64,000 nucleotides of DNA from the human T2T-CHM13v2.0 reference genome, Homo sapiens, in NCBI RefSeq assembly GCF_009914755.1, contig NC_060928.1. One strand, 5' to 3'. Within the stretch, counting starts at the first letter, position 1, and each line of letters opens with the position of its first letter. Below, in pieces: positions 12,331-26,600 of the stretch. The notes beneath the pieces are model-generated. The model made no database searches, was not told the origin of the DNA, and was given only the letters and a program-made list of their open reading frames with translations. A program made the translations under genes and the position numbers.

Positions 12331-13963
12331 TAAATCAAGTGAGTTTGTTTCAAATAAGCAATAGTAATACCCCAATATTTGTAAATAAGCACAAGATTAG
12401 GCATAGAAAAGAAAATACTTTTTAAATCTCTTGCTTTCTTCTTTCACAAAGACCTTTAGTTATAATTTTTTTATTTGCATCTTTCACTTGCATAGAACAC
12501 ATATATTTTGTATGAGATCCAGAGTAATCACTTTCCTCTAAGATCCTCTTCACCTTTTTGAGCCCTCACTATGCATAATAGATGTGCCCACTTACACAAG
12601 TACAATGAGATGTGATGAAGTAGGGGAAAGCGTTTTTTTGTGGGAAAAGAGTGCCACACATGTTTTGAACGTACGGAATTTGACCCTAAGTAGACAGGAG
12701 TCATATTCCAAACAAATAGGTCTCTATGGTGGTAACTTTCAACAACTTGAACTATGACGTTCATTTTAAAAGAATAACAAGATAATTGACAAGTTTTTCA
12801 TAGGCTTTTATTGGAGAGAGGGAAGATGTCCATGAAGTAAGAATTGGTGTTGAAATTATAAATGCTACATTGTTTGGGGAATTCCATGTCCAGAATCTGC
12901 CCTCTTAACAACAGGGCAATTGTTTGACCTTCAACTTTTAACAAATTGTGGTTAAGTTAAAACACTATCTGGAAATCCTACAGTAAATATCTGCATGCTA
13001 TTTGCAACCATGTCAAAAAATGAGAAAAAAAGCATGCTAAAATGTAAAAATTATTTATCCAAATCATTTTGATTTCGTAAGAGTAATAAAGTAAGTGTAA
13101 TAAAGACAACATATTTTTTAAAAGTAGATCTCATGCATATATGCAAACATTTTCCCTGATTATAGGTACAAGGGCTCATGACATAGTCATTTAAAAAATC
13201 ATATATTAGATCATAAAAAAGGTTTCATAATTTCAAAAAAGTTAGAAATACAGAAAGCATTCCTGATTATAATATAATAAAACAAGAAATTAATACAAAA
13301 TAAGAGACAAAAAATGCTTCCACTTGAACATAATTCTTTAAATTAAAAAATTAAAATTCTTTCATAAAAAACTTTAAAGAACTATAAGCCAAAAATTCAA
13401 AATATTTGAAAAGTAATGAACACATCGTATACTGACTTTGTATATAAACTTTTTACCATAAAAAAGAAAAATGAATATAGAAACAAAAGCAGAAATTATA
13501 TAAAGAAGGGAACAGACAAGATTAAAACTAAAAAATAAAACAATAAAAGTAATTTAAAAAGCTTTTATTAAATCAATAAAATGGATTAAAACCTTCACTA
13601 TCCTAATCAAGAATAAAAGAAGGAAGAAATCTATGTGCATGTTAAAATACATGACAAGGAGATAATAAGCATAGAAGCAGGGTAATTTTTTGAAGAGACT
13701 ACTTTCCTAACACTCAGAGCCATGAGTTTAAAATTTGGATAAGATAGAACATTTCTAGAAGATACAATTTTCCAACGCTGACAAGAGTATATACACAAAT
13801 CCTGAAAAAAAATTAGTCAAATAGTTAGATATAAAAAATCTATCCCCAAAATAAAAAAAATTAGGGCTTGATACTCTCAAAGATAATCCTTCCAAACTCT
13901 AGAACAAATAATTATTATGCAAATTATTCTACAGCACATTAAAAAATAAAGTTTCAAATTATT

Positions 13964-14265
<302 letters not shown>

Positions 14266-14640
14266 TAAAGTTTCAAATTATTTGAGTAAAGTGGATTACA
14301 TTGATATTAAAACATAAAAAAGATTGAAAATGGACAAACAAAATGTTGACCAACTTTCCTTATTTAAGAAACTCTCAAATAGAATATTGTGAAGACTGCA
14401 GCAGCACATTGAAATAACAATACATCAAGAACAAGCAATATTTATTCCAAACATACAGGGATGGCTCAACGTTATAAAGTAGTTTCATATATTTCATTCT
14501 TTTTGTAGATCTATGGCAAAAAATTACATGATTATTTTCCTGGATGCTGAAATGGCATTTGATAAAATTTGTACCAATTTTTTATTTACAAGGAAAAAAC
14601 TCAAAATGTACAAATTAGTGGAAAATATGCAAACATATCT

Positions 14641-14684
14641 GCACATGCACACACATGTGCACGCACACACACACACACACACAC
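14641..14684. repeat. (CA)n microsatellite, imperfect
   Basis: gcacatgcacacacatgtgcacgcacacacacacacacacaca. Confidence 0.9.
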
Positions 14685-15023
14685 AATCAAGCCCAGAAAT
14701 CAGCAAGCTAAGTGGGGGGAAAAAATGAGGAATAAGACGAATGCTATTACCATGACTAATGAGCTGAAAGTATTAGCCTTTGAAATTATGACACAAAAAG
14801 ATATTAGAAGTTTACAAACATGAAAGGATGAGGTAAAATTAACCCTCTTTGCAAATGATATGATTAGATACTTGGAAACCAACATAATTCCTGTTGGGGG
14901 ATAAAACTGGGGAAACTAAGTGGGGAAAAAAACTGGAAAGCAAAGAAAACATAGATGTATTACTTGATAATGTTGGAGTGGAGAAGAAAGGCCTTTTAAT
15001 CATGACATAAAATGCAGAGGCCA

Positions 15024-15724
15024 AGTTACAATGGTGATGATTAAAAAGTCAGAAAACAACAGATGCTGGAGAGGACGTGGAGAAATAGGAATGCTTTTAC
15101 ACTGTTGGTGGGAGTGTAAATTAGTTCAACCATTGTGGAAGACAGTGTGGTGATTCCTCAAGAATCTAGAACCAGAAATACCATTTGACCCAGCAATCCC
15201 ATTACTGGGTGTATACCCAAAGAATTATAAATCATTCCACTATAAAGACACATGCACACGTATGCTTATTGCAGCACTATTTACAATAGCAAAGTCATGA
15301 AACCAACTCTAATGCCCATCAATGATAGACTGGATAAAGAAAATGTGGCACAAATACACTATGGAATACTATGCAGCCATAAAAGAGGATGAGTTTATGT
15401 CCTTTGCAGGGACATAGATGAAGCTGCAAGCCATCATTCTCAGTAAACTAACACAGGAACAGAAAACGAAACACCGCATGTTCTCACTCATAAATGGGAG
15501 TTGAACAATGAGAACACATGGACACAGGGAGGGAAACATTACACACATGGGCCTGTTGAGGGGTAGGGGGCTAGGAGACAGAGAGCATTAAGAGAAATAC
15601 CTAACATAGATGACGGGTTGATGGGTGCAGCAAACCACCATGGCACATGTATATCTGTGTAACAAACCTGCACGTTCTGCACATGTATTCCAGAACTTAA
15701 AGTATAATAAGAAAAGAAAAAAAT
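15024..15724 (+). mobile_element. 5'-truncated L1PA (L1PA7/8-like) 3' end
   Basis: ORF2 C-terminus, 3'UTR and A-tail; 13-bp TSD 'aatgcagaggcca' (15011-15023 / 15725-15737). Confidence 0.92.
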
Positions 15725-16723
15725 AATGCAGAGGCCATTAAAGTTAGATTGATAAGATCTAAGCCTGACGGTCTCCATTTATGACACCGCTATCTACTGT
15801 TTTTTCCCTGTTTTGCTGAAACCAGATCTTCTCCCTAATAGCATCAACAAAGTAAGTTTTGTTACTTTTACCTCCATTCATGAATAAAAGTCCTTCCTGA
15901 TATCTTATTTGATTCAAGCCCTGATTAAATTAATATTTTTCAAAACCATCATTTTTCTAAAAGTATTCATTTTTCTAAATATATCTGGTGAGCCTAAAAG
16001 AATAATTTGATTAAAAACTAATAAGATGCATAAAGAAGAAAATGTTTCTGCCTATAATATCTTTTAGTAAAGATTCGAAGTTTTGCAAAGATACTAATAG
16101 ACTAACAAATGGTTTTGTTTTATATTTTAACTTGGCTTTTTAAAAAAACTTAAATCTGACTCCCTGATTGTATCAATAAAATGTATCAATAAAAATGAGG
16201 GAAAAGAACAAAGAAAACTATTTTCAAAGATAGATCTCATCAAAAACAAATATATCTATTATTAGATTCTAACTTGGAAAAAAAATTTAACCTTAACTTC
16301 CATATAGTATCTCTTACAGTTTTTTGTTAAAATATTTTCTTAATGCAAGTCAAGACCAACTTATCTTTACAGATATATTTAGAGGTAACTTAAGATTTAG
16401 GAATATTAATATATTAACCTTTTTCAGTGTTTACTGTCACTTTCATTTAATCTCTTAATAAATCCTGGGCTGGATTAACTGAATAAATGAGTGATATTAC
16501 TGAATTCTTTCATTTGTGAGTAGATAAATTCTAACCCTACCAAAGATATCAGAAGAGAAAAAAAAAGTAAAAAAAAAAAAAAATAGATAAATTCTTTCCC
16601 TTCATTCAGTGTTTTAAGCTTCTTTACTCAGATCTAATTTGACTGACTGTAAGGCAAATATAAAGTCAATCTATTGATGAACAAGATGCTATGAATAAGA
16701 ATTTTAAAAATAAAGTTATATCA

Positions 16724-17037
<314 letters not shown>

Positions 17038-17394
17038 TTATATCAAATCACATAAATCTGCTTTTGTATATAAATTTGGAAACGCCAAAGACATTTTTCA
17101 TGTCAGTCTGAAACTCGGCTTTAATTTTAAAATAATCTAGCTCAGGCTGAAAAAACTGGAATAAGAATTTGGAATTTACCATCTAATAATCACGGATCTT
17201 GAACTGTGGGGATGACTGCAGAAGGAAGACTAAAGGAAGTCAGGACTTTGCTGCTTTGGAAAATGAGACAACACTGTTCAACATCAGCAAAAGACTGATA
17301 ATGACAGAGACAAATGGAAAACTCTGATATGTAATTGTGAAATATTAAAAAGATTGCTGTTTATACTCTAAGTCATTCTCAATAATTAGAATGC

Positions 17395-17470
17395 AACTGA
17401 GTCAACATGTAATTTTGGGCAAATGATTTAACCTCTTGGGATCTCTGTAACCTCATCAGAGATAAGGGGA
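17395..17470 (+). mobile_element. MIR fragment
   Basis: 'ttttgggcaaatgatttaacctcttgggatctctgtaacctcatc' resembles the MIR core. Confidence 0.55.
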
Positions 17471-19529
17471 GGAGAAGCACAAGTTTACTTCTCTAAGTAG
17501 GGGTATGGACAAGATGATATATTATGTTTGTTTTTTTATATCAGACTTTCGATTCTGTAATGTATGAAGAGGCAAAAGAGGTCCTTTTTTCCCTGTAATA
17601 TCAACTTTATCCTTTTTTATTTTTTAAATATCAGAGAAGTGAGTAGGAACAGATATCAAGTTGAGTCGTTCCCCAACTCTGTTTCCCACACAGTCTCTTG
17701 GGAAAGAGCTGCCGCCCTGACTGTAAGTGCTCCATGAATCAAGCCCTGGGATTAAAGGAGAGCTTTTGCAATGACTCTCTGAGGTTTTGGCTCTGAGAAG
17801 GAATGCCGGAATTTTAAGAGTTTTGACATATTCTGTATCATTATATCCCTATGCTTCAATAAGTTTAAAATAAAACTTTTAGAAGAAGTGTTTCCCAAAT
17901 ACCCAGGCACTGAGGACTGCATGGTGACCTCCTAAGGAACTTTAAAAGAATACCCAGGGCCCCACCCCTGAGAGTCTCATCTCATGATTTGTGCATTTAA
18001 GAGCAATGGGAAGGAGGAAACTTGAAAGTAACCTAATGCCTTTGCACTGCAGGCATCTGAGACCTGGAATGGGACCCCATTTCCTCACAGCACTGCAAAA
18101 CCCACCAAGGCTGTATCTCACAACCTTCTGAGGGACTTTGGATATTTTAAGTTGTTTCTGTTGGCATCATACAGCACAGAATAGAAGGCCTATAATAAGA
18201 AAATAGAATAATTCTGTCCTCCCTTCACCTCCTTTCCTCACTACTTCTCAAACGAATCAACAACAAAACAATTTTGGTGGTTTTTCAAGAAAGGAATGTG
18301 ATGAGGCCTGTTTCATTTTTAAAACAGTAGCTGTTGAAGCTATTTCCTTTGACTCTGATCAGACATTATGCTGCATTTCTTCCAAAGTAGATCGCTAATA
18401 TTGTTTTTTAAGGGTTTTTTTGTTTTGTTGTTTTTTAACCTACTAAATTGCATTTCTGAAAATAACTTATTGAAATAATGGATATGAAAATGTCTGGATT
18501 AGTGTCTGGCACTTAGAAGCCAGTTAATAAATGCCCATTTTATAATGGAGAACTATTAAATTTATTTGTAAAAACAAGAACCCTTATTTAATAGATTTTA
18601 TAGACTTTACGCTATTGTGCTTCGTGAACCTGGGCATAAATCAGAATCTTCCAGAGACGTAAACAGTATCATGTGTATTTTTTGTCTGTTCGTTTGTTTT
18701 TAGGGTTTGTTTTTGTTTTTGTTTTTTGTTTAAAGCAAATCACCTTTGCTCATCTTCCAGTAAAGCAAGTCCAGTCAACTCTGCTATCCACATGACCGGG
18801 AAAACTGTCTGTTGAGAGTTGAGACTGCTCAATATCACACGAATTTTGCATCACCAAAAAATTGTGAAAATATGCCATATTTGGCTGCTAATCTATATGC
18901 TAAAATTATATACAACTTATATGGTAACCCTTGTCTAAGAGTTATCTTCAAATCCTATGGGAATTAACATACTTTTCAAGAAATTCTTGCCTAGTACATA
19001 AACTTTTCATCATAATTTCTATAAATTGTGTTATAATTTCCAATAATTTTTTCAAGAACAAAATGTGAGTTTGTGAAAACTTAGATGGACCCAAGATGAT
19101 TATGAACATCAACACCTGAGTAGTTTCATTACATGTCTGTTAAATCTAATCTCTGAGGAAGAAGTAACAGGTTAAAGCATAATTCAATGAGTGACAAAAA
19201 TATGGCTTACCTTGAGTTATGTTTTGTAAATGACTGCCTATCGACATTAACAATTTTACCAAGATAAATAAATATATAGGAGGGGGACAATACACGGACA
19301 ATAAATATACTGTGTTTCCATTTCTCAAGGTAACACTGATGACAACCCCCCCAACTATTGTTATTTGGGAGCCCATCAGGTGTCAAAGTGCTGTATGTGC
19401 TGACAGATTTTAAGGACAGTAAGCAATTATTTCTGTGATGTGATTTAAACATAGCAAGCAGGCCAGGATGCCTTTCCAAACTCTTTACTTGTGTGATTGA
19501 TGCCCAACATTCCAGAAAGCTTAATCCCT

Positions 19530-19690
19530 CAAATCAGAGGTTCTAATCAGGGTATCCTTCAGTGTTTTAAAATACTGTATCTTAAAAGGCAGCTATCCAA
19601 GCCTCACCCCAGAACAACTGAATCAGTATATTTGCAGGTTGGATAAAGTATGTGTGAAAAGTTTGATCTCTGTGAAATACCAATCCCACT
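19530..19690. mobile_element. MER5-like hAT DNA transposon remnant
   Basis: 'cagaggttctaa...cctcaccccagaacaactgaatcagta' resembles the MER5 family. Confidence 0.4.
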
Positions 19691-20084
19691 CCCCATCCCA
19701 TTCACACTCTTAATAGAGCTCTCCATTAAAGCCATTTTCGAGCATTTGCATTTTAGTATGAATTATGTAGCAGATTTGGGCGGGGGGAAGGAAAATGAGA
19801 TGAGTCCATCAATATAATAGTATAAAGACTCAGGTACAAATTGCAGAAAATGGTGAACTTATTCTTGTATATTAAGTCTAGAAGAAATATATAAGAAAAT
19901 AAAATCTTACAGGACTTAGAGTGAACAATCCCCCAGCTCAATTATTTTTACAAAGAAGCTGTAAAATAGTACATTTCTGTAATTGTTTGAAAGACTTGCA
20001 AAAATTTGCAAACTGGAGAAAAAATGAAATTTAAGTTGACAAATTACAAAAAAACCCTTATCTACAAATAAATAGCAACAATAC

Positions 20085-20335
20085 AGAGATGAATAATATT
20101 TTGCAGTGCTTATGAGCACTTACAAAACAACTTTCACATATTTTATGTCATTTAAACATCAGACTGTCATTATTGTTTTGTAGAATTAGGTAAAAGTAGA
20201 TAGCGGATATCCTTATCTTACAGATGAAGAAACTCAAAGAGGTCACAGGGCTTTGCCAAGGTCCCATCAACAGGACCGAGGAATCTATGATTGAATCTGT
20301 TTGCCTAATGTTAAATATTCCACTTACTATATCTC
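20085..20335 (-). mobile_element. MIR fragment
   Basis: 'ttacagatgaagaaactc', 'ttgccaaggtc'. Confidence 0.55.
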
Positions 20336-20859
20336 AGTGCTCCCTGGAGAATAATCAGAATCTGATCCTTTAAGATATAATTTCCATCTTCGCATTCTAA
20401 CAATTAAAATATATAAACAGTCTTTTTCACCAGAAAAACAATCTTTTGGGGTCCTTCATCAAATCCTAAGGGATCATCTCATTAGTTGTTTCTTAGCTAA
20501 GTTCCAAACTGTTGTTGGTAGCATGAAGAACATCTGAATTAATACCAAAAGTCTTTGATATTACAGTAGGCTGCAGATTCCTTCAGTACCCCTTCAAGTC
20601 ATCTCTATTCTATTGTGTCCGTGTCATTAGGACATAGGGAAAATCTGTTCAACTATAATCACCTTGTCTTCCAAATAAAGACAATGGTAGCCTCCAATCT
20701 TGGATTTCCAAATTTATCTTGGGAATTTCACTATCTACAATCTATAGGTGGGAGATGTGAAAGCAAAGTCAACACAATAATGGCTGACTCTTTTTCTGCT
20801 TTAGCTTCTATTTCTCTTTTGTTCTATGAGTCTGCCTAAATATCTACCAACTGTGCTCG

Positions 20860-23400
20860 TCTTTACAAATAATTATCTTTGGTCTCATTGATTTTCTCTA
20901 ATTTTTTTCTCTTTTTTTTAATTTCCACCCTGATTTTATTATTTCTGTCTTCTTTTTTGGCATTGGATTTGCTGCTCTTATTTTCCCAGCTTCTTAAAGT
21001 AAAAGCTTAGACTATTGATTTATCTTTCTTCCTTTCAACTGTAAGTGCTTAAAGTTATAAATTTACCTCTAAGCACAGACTTTGTCCTGTTGTTTATTTC
21101 CAATTTAATGTGTTGTGGTTGGGGGATATACTTAGTAAAATTTCAATCTATTTTAAGTTACTGAAACTTGTTTTATGTCCTAGCATAAAGTCTATCATGG
21201 AGAATGATTCAAGTGCATGGAAAAAACTGTGGATTCTGCTATTGCTGAGTGAAAGGTTCTCTATATATCAGGTCAAATTGGATGATAGCTCTTTTCAATA
21301 CTTCCACACCCTTATTCCTTTCTATTTAGTTGGCTTGTCAATTACTGAGAAAAGAATATTGAAATCTCCAACTATAACCAAGTTTGAGAGTTGTCTGTTT
21401 TTCTTACAATTCTGGAAGATTTTGCTTAATTTATTTAGGGATTCTGTTTTAGGCACATGTAGACTGGTAATTGCTTAATCTTCCTGATATGTCGGGCACT
21501 TTATCAAGTAGAAAAATCTCTTTCTGTCATTAGTAATATTTCTTCTCTTAAAATCTACTTTAATATTAATGTAGCTATTCCAGCTTACTTATAGCTAATG
21601 TTTGAATGGTATATCTGTTTTAATAATTTTGCTTTCAATCTATGCATGTCTTTGGATCTAAAGTATTTCTCTTATAGTAAACATAGGGTTAGATCTTCCT
21701 TTTTGTATTCAATTTGGCAATCTCTGTCTTTCCATTGGAGTGCTTAATCTATTTAAAGTTATGACTGTTATGGTTGGATTTATATTTTGCTATTTTTTTC
21801 TTTATCTCATGACTTTATCATTTCTTATTCCTCTTTTACTGTCTTTCTTTGTGATAAATGGACACTTTTATTATATCATATTACTTGGTTACTTTTAGGT
21901 ATATATAAATATTTATATTTTATATGTATAATAATTCTTAATTAACTTTTTTCTCATTCAACATTTTAAATACGTCATTGCACACTGTCTTCTGGCCTTT
22001 TTTTTCTGATAAAAAATCAGTCATTAGTTATGTTGTTTCCCTGTGGTTTGGACTGAATGTTTGTTTTCCTACCAAATTCATATGTTGTAATCCTGATCCT
22101 TAGTGCAATGGTGTTAGGAGGTGGGGCCTTTGGGAAGTAATTAGGTAATGATAGTAGAGTCTTCATGAATAGTATGAGTGCTCTTATAAAAGAGACCCCA
22201 GAGAGCACTCTAGCTCTCCTTCTGTGAGGACACAAAAAACAAAAATACAAAAACAAAAAAACAAAAAAACAAAAAAACAAAAAAAAAACAGGCAGACTGC
22301 AACTCAGAAGAAGGGACTCACTAGAACCCAACCCATGTTGACATGATTCTTTCTTCTGCCAATCACAAATCTGTTGATAAGAGCTCTGAGTATTGCGAGT
22401 ATTCTAAAGGGTATTCAGTGTATTCCAGTTACTGTAATTTTCAACTGTAGATTTTCTATTTGTTTCTTCTCAAATAGTTCCCATTTCACTACAAAGATTC
22501 CTTATTTAGTAACTCACTATCATCCTAGTTTGCCTTAATTCTTCAGCGTTTCCTTTACACCTTTGAGCCTATTTATAATAGCTACTCTTAAGTCATTGCT
22601 AAATCCAATATTTGTACCCACTCAGAGTCAGTTTCTACTGACTGCTTCTGCAAATAAGTATAAGCCACATTTTACTGAGTGTCTTATAATTTTTGTTTGA
22701 AACGTATACATTTTAGATTATATGCTATAACAATTCTAGATCCTTTATTTTTCTGAGGACTATTAATCTAATTTTTTTGGTCTAAATTTACAGAATCTAT
22801 CTGTGTTTGCTGATGTCTCTGCTCAGGGTTTCTATTCTTACACTTATTTTTCAGCCTGGTGTCCTAGGTGTTGCATCTCGTATCTGCCTAGCTAAGAGGT
22901 CAGCTAATTATTTGAGCAGAGGTTTTGTTCAAACACCTGGAGCATGTTAGGCTTCCAGCCCTCTCAATCCATCTGTAAGTACTTTGAAAAACATATTCAA
23001 AGTTGCAGCTTGTTCTCAAGTCTCCATAGGACTTTTTTCCTTTTTATATTTCTGTGTCTGTTTGATCTGTCCTGCACATTTAAAGTTTCCCAGTGAAGCA
23101 ACAGTTGTAGAGAGCTTATCTCAGCACTTCTATGGCTCCCTTGTTTCCAGACTCTGCCTGTGAAATGTCTGGCTAGAAGGTTTTCCCTGCTCATTCACAA
23201 TTCAGTCCACCACTACTTTCAATTAGCAAAGCTGGAATTTTTGTCTCCTACCCTGATTGAGTCAGTCTGTCCCCTTTAAGAGTAGAGCCACTGGTTTTTG
23301 CATCCAGCCACAACTTGTAAGACTAGGGTTCCTGTTATCCAAGCAGGGACAACTGGGAATGTGAACAGTCCCAAAGAGATGGCCAGAGATTCCTGCTTTC
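20860..23400 (-). mobile_element. Old L1M fragments (antisense ORF2/ORF1), interrupted by MLT1A
   Basis: T-rich antisense L1 motifs ('gaaatctccaactata', 'gctattccagctt'). Confidence 0.65.
22042..22345 (+). mobile_element. MLT1A(0) LTR, truncated, with (CAAAAAA)n expansion
   Basis: 'ggactgaatgtttgtttt', 'ggtggggcctttgggaagtaattagg', 'cttataaaagagaccccagagagc'. Confidence 0.85.
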
Positions 23401-23699
23401 CACTTGCATTTTCCAATTTTTAAGAAGTCAGACTAGAAGTTGTTATTCTCAGTCCATGGATATTCAAGTTAGCCAAGCAAAAGAGAACACTAGTACATCA
23501 AACTTAGAACCTTGGTTTATTCGTTTTTATGTTATTACTGTTCCTTGCAATAAAAATGCTTCCTTCTCTCAGATAGGGAAAAAAAATATTTCCCATGTAT
23601 ATATGTGGTACACTACCGCATTAGATAAGCACATTTTAATTTACTAATTATATAGAGTCACTCCAAAGTAACTAAAGTACTTTAAGGCTAATTTGTTTA

Positions 23700-26600
23700 A
23701 GTAAAAATAAGTATGCAAGTATATTGGGCATAAGGAAATAATTTCTGAAAGAAATTCAAGTTCATGATGGAGTAGAAACTTTAAACAGACATATCTAATA
23801 AAACTGAAGCATTGCTCAGAAAATGTATAAATGTAATAAATAAAGAATTTAACTTGAGAGTTAATTAAAAAATTAACAATCCTTTAGAAAATAAATTGAG
23901 TTAATAAACATAAAAACAGATTTTTATCGATTAAAATTAAATTATTAGAATTTTTAAATGTAAGAATTTTTTGCTTTTAAATATAACAAAATAGATTAAT
24001 CATTAAAAGTTAACCAAGAAAAAGAGTAGAAGTGCAAATACAAAATATTGAAATGTTTCTGTGGAAATAACTACAATCAGAAATTACCAGAATTATGAGT
24101 AGATATTTTGCTCAACTCTGCTCAATGACAATGAGAACTTGTATAAAATAGGTTATTTTCTGGGAACATGAAAATTAATTCCAGAAACAGTCAAAAATAT
24201 TACTAACATTGATAATCCAAAAAATGTCACTATAAAATTATTATTCCTGAAAATCCAAGGTTCAAACTCTTTCTCAAGGTTTTCTACCAAACCTGAAAGG
24301 AAAAGATAACTACAATGAAATCTATGCAGTTTAAAAATACAGGGAAAAAACTGAAAGAACTCAAGCACTCTTTAGAAAATGATTATAATATGGATCTAGA
24401 ACCCAAAAGCAATAGCAGGAACAAAAGCTAAGTAGAAATCAGTCTTATTTCATGATTATGAATGTGAAAATAATAGTAAACAGAATCCAAGAGCACATTA
24501 AAATAATAATACAGCATGAGAAGGGTTATTTAGTCTAATGAGAGGATGGATAAATGTTAGCATATCTATGTATTAATTTCAAATATTAATGAAGGAGTCA
24601 CTGAAGAAAAATCATATACTAATTTTCATATTTTAGATACTGAAAGAGCATTTAACAGAAAGCTAACATAATTGTAAATATTGTCAATAACATGGAAATA
24701 AGTTGACATTTCAGTTATGTAAATCATGCTTAATATAGAAATATTAGCAGCACTTTAATTGAAATAGAAAATAATACAAGTATATATTTTATTACTATTA
24801 TAATTAACATTATTCTGGATGTATCAGTATAATTAGATTAGAAAAAATATATAAAATTCGAAATTAGGAAAATAATATTATCATTATATTTAAATTACAT
24901 GGTTGTTTTTCAGGGAAAAAGAATAAACAAATCATCTGGAAAATAATTACAAGTAGTAAGAATTTCATAAAGCTGTGTACATAATTGAATGTATAGAAAT
25001 CAATAATCTTCACATCCCCAAAAAACTACCAGTTGGAAGACATAACCCATATTTCAGAAACAAAAAGAAATCAAATACCTAGAAATAAACTTAGAAAGTA
25101 AGCTAGATGTACAAACAGAAATACTTAAATGCCCCCGAAGGATGCAAAAAGAGATTTGAAAAATTGTGAAGGCACAACTTGTTATTGAAGCTTCACATCA
25201 TAACATGTAAATAGGAAGACTTCACATCATAGGATGTTAATTCTATTTAGTCAACTTACAAATTGTTTAGAATTACAACAAAAAAATCACAAAAATAATT
25301 TATTTTTGAAACAAAACACACTGACCCTAAGTTTCATTAAAAGCATTATTAAGAGAGTTTTTCTTACACCTAGGATTTAGAGAGCTACAAAGAGGGCTTC
25401 TCTCATTCTAATATGAAAAAGCCAGATAAGTACAAAATCATAAATTTCCTTGAACTTATCGAAAAGCTGATGCTACAGAGTAACCAAACAGCCTGAATAT
25501 CCACTTTGGGGAAGGCTTCCACAAGGAGAGAGGGGAAGTATGGACTGTCTCATCTATGGTAGAATGCAGGGGGAAAAACAGAGCCATCAAAGATGGTAAG
25601 AAGAAATCACCTAAAATTTTTATAAATAACTAAAAACTTAATGTGGACCAGCACAACATTATAGAGCAGCTGATAGCTCCAGATACAAGGGGAATTTAAA
25701 TTTACTCACAAGCTCTTTTCCATAGATCTCCAGTGGCTGTTCAAGAGAACAGGATAAGAGACAGGAGGACCTCCTCTGCTGATGAAGGCATGGAGGAGGG
25801 AGTAGCTGCCATTGCAGGAAAAATAAAAACCCTTCTTCCCTGCCTGATCCCTTGTCTCATAGAGAAGCAAATGCTTCAAGCAGAAAAATAAAGCTGGTCA
25901 GCCCTAGGGCATAAGAAAAGATCCTTTGAAGGATTCCTTCAGCAGGTTCAACAATGGACTTGGCCTGGCTAAGGAAAGAATCATGAACTTGAAGATGGGT
26001 CAACAGGCATCACCAAAGCTTAAAGACAGAGAAAAAAAGAATGAATACAAACAGAACGGAGCATCAAAAAGCTGTGTGACAATTTCAAATCATCTAAATA
26101 CTTGTAATTGAAGACCCAGAAGGAGGAGAGAGCACAAAACGAGAGAGATATTTGAAAAGATAAATTTTCCAAAAATAATGAAAGACATTTAAAAAAGATT
26201 CAAGAGGCTAAGCGATTGCAAAGCAAGACTGAAAAATATCATATGCCTAGACATATCCTATTCAAAGGGCTGAAAAACATAAAAAGACAATTTTGAAGGC
26301 AGCCAGTGAAAAGACACATCACATTACAGAGAAACAAAGACAAAAATTACAGCCAGCTTCTCGTCGGAAAGCCTACAAGTCAGAAGATATTGGAATCACA
26401 GCTTTAAATTTTTGAAAGAAATAAAAAAGCCTGTCAACCCAGATCTCCATACCTAGAGAAAATATCTTTCAGCAATGAAGGTGAAATACTTTTTCAGACA
26501 AATAAATGCAGTGAGAAAATATTGCCTGAAGATTTCATTGCGATACTAACATTAAATACTTACATTAGGACACTAGAGAAAGAAAAGCAAATTAAACCCA

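Noticed and set aside
12610-12690. GTGATGA box C motif (possible C/D snoRNA)
   Set aside because: No properly placed CTGA box D or terminal stem.
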